NCBI RefSeq assembly: GCF_026571515.1
Contig: NW_026854037.1
Span: forward strand, 1 to 64,000
DNA: 64,000 nt
Source: Ruditapes philippinarum
Lineage: Eukaryota
Direction of reading: 5' to 3'
Part shown: piece by piece, positions 62,748 to 64,000 of the stretch
Layout of the letters: each line of letters begins with the position of its first letter
How positions within the stretch are numbered: the stretch's first letter is position 1
The notes under the pieces: model-generated
Database searches by the model: none
Told to the model about the DNA's origin: nothing
What the model saw: the letters and a program-made list of their open reading frames with translations, nothing else
Translations under genes and position numbers: made by a program

Positions 62748-63045
62748 TATTTCACCTGACCGGAACTCGAATCGAAATGTCGGAATACCCTTCCGCGGCT
62801 CTTACGTCATAGCTATCCGGTTGCTTACTCAATTTTTTTTCTTCTATATCATGCTATTTTGAAATTCGTCCTCGACTTTCTCGCGGTTAAAGAACAACGT
62901 GAAGAGCTATATACAGGTCACGACCCCCGTTGGGCGCAAAAAGAAGAAAGTACAGCCTTTTACTGCCATTTAGCAGCTCTACCGACTGAACTATTCAGCC
63001 GATTATAAATCTTCTCTCTTAAATAGTGAACAGTTTTAAACCATT
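62748..63045 (-). mobile_element. Second, degenerate copy of the tRNA-LTR TRIM
   Basis: Reverse complement reads AACTGTTCACTATTTA..GAGAAGAT..TAGTTCAGTCGGTAGAGC, then PBS GCGCCCAACGGGGG, internal CGAGGACGAATTT..ATAGCA and a second LTR part CCGGATAGCT..GGGTATTCCGA..TTCGAGTTCCGGTCAGG. This is colinear with 25561-25908. Confidence 0.78.
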
Positions 63046-64000
63046 TTATGTTGAATAGATAAATAAATTTAGAAATATCTATGTCTACTTATTTCTTTTA
63101 ACCCGGACATGGTTAATTTTAAACCTGTGGAAGTAAAACATAATGTAAGTTACAATAGATTGATAAACGGAGACGACATTCCTGAATTAAACCATGACGA
63201 AACTTAATTGTCTTAATACATTTGCGAGGTGGCCAATTCCCGCTTTATTCATTTATCAATTTTCTTCTTTTTAAATCGAAGTCACATACATATGCACGTA
63301 TTAAACAATTTATGAAATCAATATCCTATGAAATCTTATTCGTATATACGTTCCCTCTATCTCGTTTTCTATATCTCTACTAATAAAACTATTCTTCCTT
63401 TATTAATCTTTAATCATTGCTTTCTTTTTACTTAATATTTATCAGCCTTATCACAGCGCTATGCACTGTGCAACAAAGAATATAAAAACATGTATAGCAT
63501 TTAGGATTGTTGACAGTCAAAACACCAATTTCTCAATTTCTAGCATTCACCAGCCTTTAAATTGACTCGGGACTGCTTGCGCTCCCTGTCGTCTTCAATA
63601 TCTTGCAAACGTTTGAATATATTACTATCATTAAATAATTCACTGCTTACCTATTCAATATACGCTACTTTTGTACGTATAATTACATGACTCGAAAACC
63701 ATTGCCAAAATGAAGATTATCTTACCTTTTCTACTTTAAATAATACAACTGCAAAATTCTATTTATTCTAAATTGAAAAGTAAAAGGTGATCAAATCAAG
63801 AAATAGCGTTAAACTTATTTGATACCAACTTACAAATTCAAGTTTATAAGAATTCTCGCCAGAAAGATATTTCTTTGATTCCAAACAAATGGTGTGTACT
63901 TAATAAGGGATGTAACTTTTCCATTTTCGTTACAGTATTAAAGTTCAGTAGACGCTAATTCTTTGAATTGAAACGTTTTCATATCGTTTAAGACGGTTTT

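Noticed and set aside
62460-62812. ORFs 62460-62645 and 62600-62812 as the next Roc/COR exon (KHIVDN looks vaguely G5-like)
   Set aside because: There is no suitable phase-0 acceptor, an in-frame stop lies just upstream, and the 3' part runs into the TRIM copy.

Overview
AT-rich, repeat-dense eukaryotic DNA. The transposon content suggests a bivalve or other mollusc (inference, not a database result). The main content is one long spliced + strand gene that I rebuilt by hand from GT-AG sites and reading phase. It has 15 coding exons from 15699 to 54264, gives 856 aa with no internal stop, and is still open at the 3' end. It encodes a DZIP3-like HEPN domain (RNKIIGH motif), a second degenerate HEPN-like domain, a helical linker and a Roc-type (ROCO/LRRK-family) GTPase. 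Between G2 and G3 the GTPase carries an insert of about 158 aa made of micro-exons. Three of these are phase-1/1 exons present twice, because of a 6.0/6.7 kb tandem duplication (36987-49672). The link between the HEPN exons and the Roc exons crosses a 16.6 kb intron and is inferred from compatible phase. Flanks and introns hold a 5'-truncated LINE, a decayed Ty3/Gypsy element with two insertions of one tRNA-derived SINE, and two copies of a TRIM whose LTRs contain a tRNA-like sequence (Helenus-like). They also hold a 2.6 kb CAC...GTG element with long TIRs and a 5-bp TSD, TTAA-flanked MITEs, several Helentron/HINE-like tandem-repeat elements, a 30-bp minisatellite and microsatellites. Most short ORFs in the supplied track are spurious.
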